Source: Takakia lepidozioides
Taxonomy: Eukaryota > Plantae > Bryophyta
DNA: 64,000 bases
Direction of reading: 5' to 3'
NCBI GenBank assembly: GCA_030704615.1
Contig: JAKLZA010000010.1
Coordinates: forward strand, 69,055-133,054
The translations under genes and the position numbers were made by a program. Below are positions 60,059 to 64,000 of this stretch, piece after piece. The notes beneath the pieces were generated by a model that searched no databases, was not told where the DNA came from, and saw nothing but the letters and a program-made list of their open reading frames with translations. The number at the start of each line of letters is the position of its first letter. Within the stretch, counting starts at the first letter, position 1.

Positions 60059-63000
60059 ATGGCTCCGAATCCTACGCTATAGTTTGCTGTCCTCCGCAAC
60101 TTGGAAGAGCCTGGATCCCAAACGAGAGAGGACGTTGCAGAGTGACTGAAACTTACCTTTGCTCCAAATTCAAGCTCAAACCGGGCACAATTTATTTGGA
60201 AGAAGAAGGAAGGATGTTCCTGGACACGTTGACGAGACCATTGTCGTGCTAGGTAACGACGGAGGTTGCGGAATCGAATGGCACGTACCCCCATCAGACA
60301 CCACCTGTACCGAGCTGTGGGAATGCCCATTCCCTTTCCGATCAGTCGCTGCCCACACCATCCACAAAGAGTCCGGAAACCGACAGGCGGCCACTGCCAA
60401 CAGAGAGGTATGCAACGATAATCATTCCCGACCTGGACCGTCAAGACCCTCCATAGCTTCTCGTGTGGACGTATTCGACATTTCCGACGAGGAAGATGAT
60501 TGCATTTGAGGTACCCATGCCCCACACGGTCGTTCAAATCCGGCATGGACGTCTCTGTAGGTGCTACGCATGTGCCCTCGAGCATAACTCCAACCCGGTC
60601 CATTGTGCAGCTCTACGACACATCACCTCGATGGTTCTCGCTCCGAGCTGGCTGCTCTCGACTATGCCAATTCCCAGTCAGAAAGGTAACGTTTCTGCCT
60701 CCCGAAGTCGATGGCAATGTCATCTTTGAGTTTCCACCTGTTTCTTCGTCAAAAAAAGCCTCCGGATGTTAACAGACATGGATCGAAAGCATGACGGACA
60801 CCCCCTGGTGTGTGACGAAGACCATAGCACGAAATATTGCTGATGGTGTTCGTGTACGATATGTCCTCTGTGCGGGGAAGCTGAGGTGCCTCATCCCACC
60901 CACCTGCTTCCACTTTCTCTCCAAAGGAGGGCGGAGAAACGAGACGGATTGGACTGGCACAACGCATCATCCATTCATTGTCTCCAGCCAAGCTCCTGCG
61001 GGTTCTTTCAGTGTGCACATTGCAAAGAACCACCGACGTGCATGTCCATGTGCAGAGCCAAGCAATATTACGTAATCCATTTGCTCCCGGACTTGACTAG
61101 AGCTTGCATACACGTTGGGGTCCACTGCCACCCCTTGGCGAGAGGGCAACATGCGTGAGGCTGTGCAGGAAGCACACGACATCATAAAAGAGGAGGTGAA
61201 ATTGAGCCCCGGAGCCAGACCAAAAGCAGATTCAGCTGAAGGCAGCCCACAAGATTGCTCTTTTGGCAAAATCATGTCTGAAGATGGTTCCGACCGAGAG
61301 CCCTTGACCGAAGACGAGATGCGTGACCTCTTGGAGTCCGTCTCGCACGTTTGTAGTCCGAATGTGCGGAATCACATCGTATCTTGCAAGCAGGAGTTCG
61401 GCAGGGGGTCGGACATGTACTCAATCCTGGAGGTGAAACGAATGACTAGATATGACTACATCCAAGGTAGCAGGTTTTCCAGGGCAAGGCAAGCGAATCC
61501 GATCGTTGTTTCATTTTCAAAATGTCGACGTGTGGGCTGGGAGTGGAGTCGACTTGGTCACTCGCATGACAACTGGAAACTTGTCGAATGCTTGGGTGAT
61601 GTTTGATCACATCAAGAGAATTACAAACCATCAGTGGGTGACTATGGGTGCGCATGTTTATGACTATCACTCCAAGAGGCTCATGACGATTGCAATCTGC
61701 GAGATGAAAGGGGAGGACACACAGTCCGAGATGCATCTGTGGGAGGGCATAAACGAGCAGATGGCAAGGGCGGGATTGCCAGAGCCCAATTTCAATTTCA
61801 GGGGATTCATGGCAGACAACCGCTCAGGCCAACTAGGCAGCGGTGCGGCGTGTGTACGGTGAGGACCCCAATGTTCCAATGGAGGGGAAAGAGAGATCCT
61901 ATGGATTCCATTGGATGCAGAGTCTATCCGACTACACTACCAAATTTGTTGCTAGCTCATTCCAGGCTGAACACCGTGTCCTTTGTACGGCGTGGAAGGA
62001 TGCACCCCGCATTTGATGACGCGGAGGTAAAGTTTGCTATCATCGAGGCTTGGTAGAACACGTCAGGTGCAGTGGAGACAACCAATCTGGGAGGCATTGC
62101 ACAGCTGGTTGGGGTTGGTGGCATTTTCGGTATCGACAGTTCGGACAGTACATGCGGGAGGTAGGCTGCTGTTATTTTCGTTCATTTGTCTTTCTGTTAC
62201 GGACATTTCGATTGGTCCCTCACCATTGTTTGTGTCCTTCTAGGAGCGGTGCTTGGATTCCGACACGGACATGCCGAACACGAATATGGCAGAATCGGTC
62301 CACTCCTCCTGGCGAGCGTCTTCTGCCGCACATCTGGTGGACGTAGTGACGGCCACACGGAGGACATCGACAGAGCAATCATGCAGCAAGCCACGTACTA
62401 CAAGTTCCTGAGCGGCAAACAATGGGGCTTTGGGCCGGACAGGGAGGAATTAAATGGTACGAACAGCTTCGAGGTCCAAGAATCCAGTGAAATGGGCGAC
62501 AGCATTGCGAGAGAAGATCAAAGGGACCTCTCTGCCCGCAGAGGTGAACACCTAGAGGGGGACGTCCGGACTCGCCCTGTCAGGCGGAGGATTGAAGAGG
62601 AACCCGGGTGCGAAGAGGATTCCTGGAGATCCGACAGGAACATTCGGACAGCACCTCGAGGTCCCGTCATGTTGCCCGCACAATGTGTCTTCCAGCAGTG
62701 GAAGCCCAGAAATTCCAGATCGCCGTCGCCTTCAACCGGGATTTCGTGCAAAAATTCCCACCGCTCCCTTGCCCTAGATTCCGCCCGCTGTTATGCAGTA
62801 TGGCCAAGCCATTGTGGAACGACTGTGTCTGCATCACAGTGGAGAATTGCTTGCACAAAGCCGTCGTTTCGAGGAAGGTGTTTCCGCAATTCGTGTGGAT
62901 ACACGGCAACGTTGTTTAGAGATGATAAGGAGGAATCCAGATGGGGCTGTCCCTGCTCCTACTTTTACAGGAAGATTTGTCCATGGCAAAGTTTGCGGAG

Positions 63001-63665
63001 GCGACAACCACCCAGTTCTGGTTCTGCAGGCACGACATTATGACTTGCGTGTATGGAAAGCCCAAGTACGGCATACAAACAATGCAGAGGCTCCCCGGTG
63101 TGGCCGGTGGAACCAGGCTGCGATCTGAGTTAGGTTGAGGCCGACGCCCTTACCGCCGCAGGATTTCGATGTTGTAGCGCACTAACGTCCCAGACAACCA
63201 TTTTCCGCTTCCCACCTCCACCACCGACCCCTGTGAGAGCAAGAACAATGGGACACGACAGCTCTAAGCATCCTACACACCGTTGGTGGAAACCGAAGAG
63301 GCGGCGACCTCCCTCAAAAGTGAACGAGACAAGGATGGGGAATGCACTTCGGATGAACTGTACAATCCAGAGCTCGACAGAAGTGCCCCCCCAGGATTCG
63401 GGCGTGTGTATCAGATGGCCACGGCGGGCTCAGCTGTTCACAATGATGTGTACACCATCACCATTTCAGAACTACCCACCTGCAATTGCACCGACTTCCA
63501 GATCATGGCGAACAAGGGGGCATCATACTGCCCTTGCAAGCATTTGTACTACGTTACCTAAAGAGACTCCGTTGTAATTCCACAACTCATCACTTCATAC
63601 ATGCACCAGGGTTGAGCCCCCAGGAGGTTCACACTCTTCTAAATATGGATCCAGGGGACCAGTGA
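60059..63665 (+). pseudogene. MULE transposase of copy A3 (many frameshifts, premature stops)
   Basis: Near-identical to 21613-25215; TGG>TAG near 62054. Confidence 0.88.
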
Positions 63666-63783
63666 GCTTGGCTTGCGGTCCCGATACAATGGTACGCCCA
63701 TCCTTTTCGGATAGTAGAACTGTACTGCTGCTAGTACCTCAGACTCTGGCCACAGAAAGGTCCGACATATTCTTGCCTACCAG

Positions 63784-64000
63784 CTATGTGGCATTCCGTT
63801 GCCCAAGTTCATGCATTCCCCGCATTTGTGACACCATGTTGCCTTCCGTGGCGCCTTCATCTTTAAAATTCTTGATAGCCTCTGCTGTCTTCTGATCCAA
63901 AGTGGTTTTGTCATCACTTCTTTCTTCTTTGCTTGGGCTTTTCTTCATCATCAGCGTTCTCTTCGCCAAGGGATCGTTGGAATCTTTACTTCTGCTCTGA
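63784..64000 (-). other. Unrelated sequence, possibly a gag-like Zn-knuckle fragment
   Basis: Minus strand gives CHKCGE then, after a frameshift, WATEC. Homology to family A ends abruptly. Confidence 0.25.

Larger units (their letters stand above)
26067..63783 (+). mobile_element. Family A copy A3, 5'-truncated, interrupted by the LTR element (28952-40727) and the family B MULE (44055-57001), ending short of its TIR
   Basis: 26067-28951 matches 12446-15283; 40728-44054 matches 15280-18615; 57002-63783 matches 18608-25334. Homology stops at 63783. Confidence 0.9.

Overview
Eukaryotic, intron-containing DNA (inferred to be a streptophyte/early land plant; not provable from this window) made almost entirely of nested transposons. 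(1) A family of giant Mutator-like (MULE) DNA transposons. Family A (~15.4 kb) occurs as one complete copy (10715-26066), one inverted partial copy (2654-9763), one fragment (1806-2653) and one doubly interrupted copy (26067-63783). A diverged family B copy (44055-57001) has a ~9-bp TSD, and a family C remnant lies at 1-1232. Families A and B carry a GCM-like/DDE/SWIM transposase and, head-to-head with it, a multi-exon gene fusing a ParB/Srx-fold domain (DGNHRLLA) to a beta-class N6/N4 DNA amino-methyltransferase-like domain; only the 3' part of that second gene is seen for C. The non-coding parts hold dozens of family-specific 22-30-bp palindromes, mostly spaced at whole helical turns (53, 74, 85, 95 bp). 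(2) An 11.8-kb Ty3/Gypsy retrotransposon (28952-40727) carrying a DNMT3-like C5 methyltransferase inside pol and a PHD finger on integrase. It has a self-priming PBS and a circularly permuted LTR layout (A...B-A-B), which suggests integration of a 2-LTR circle cut at an internal palindrome. Many frameshifts differ between near-identical copies and may be assembly indel errors. All domain calls are from motif recognition by eye.
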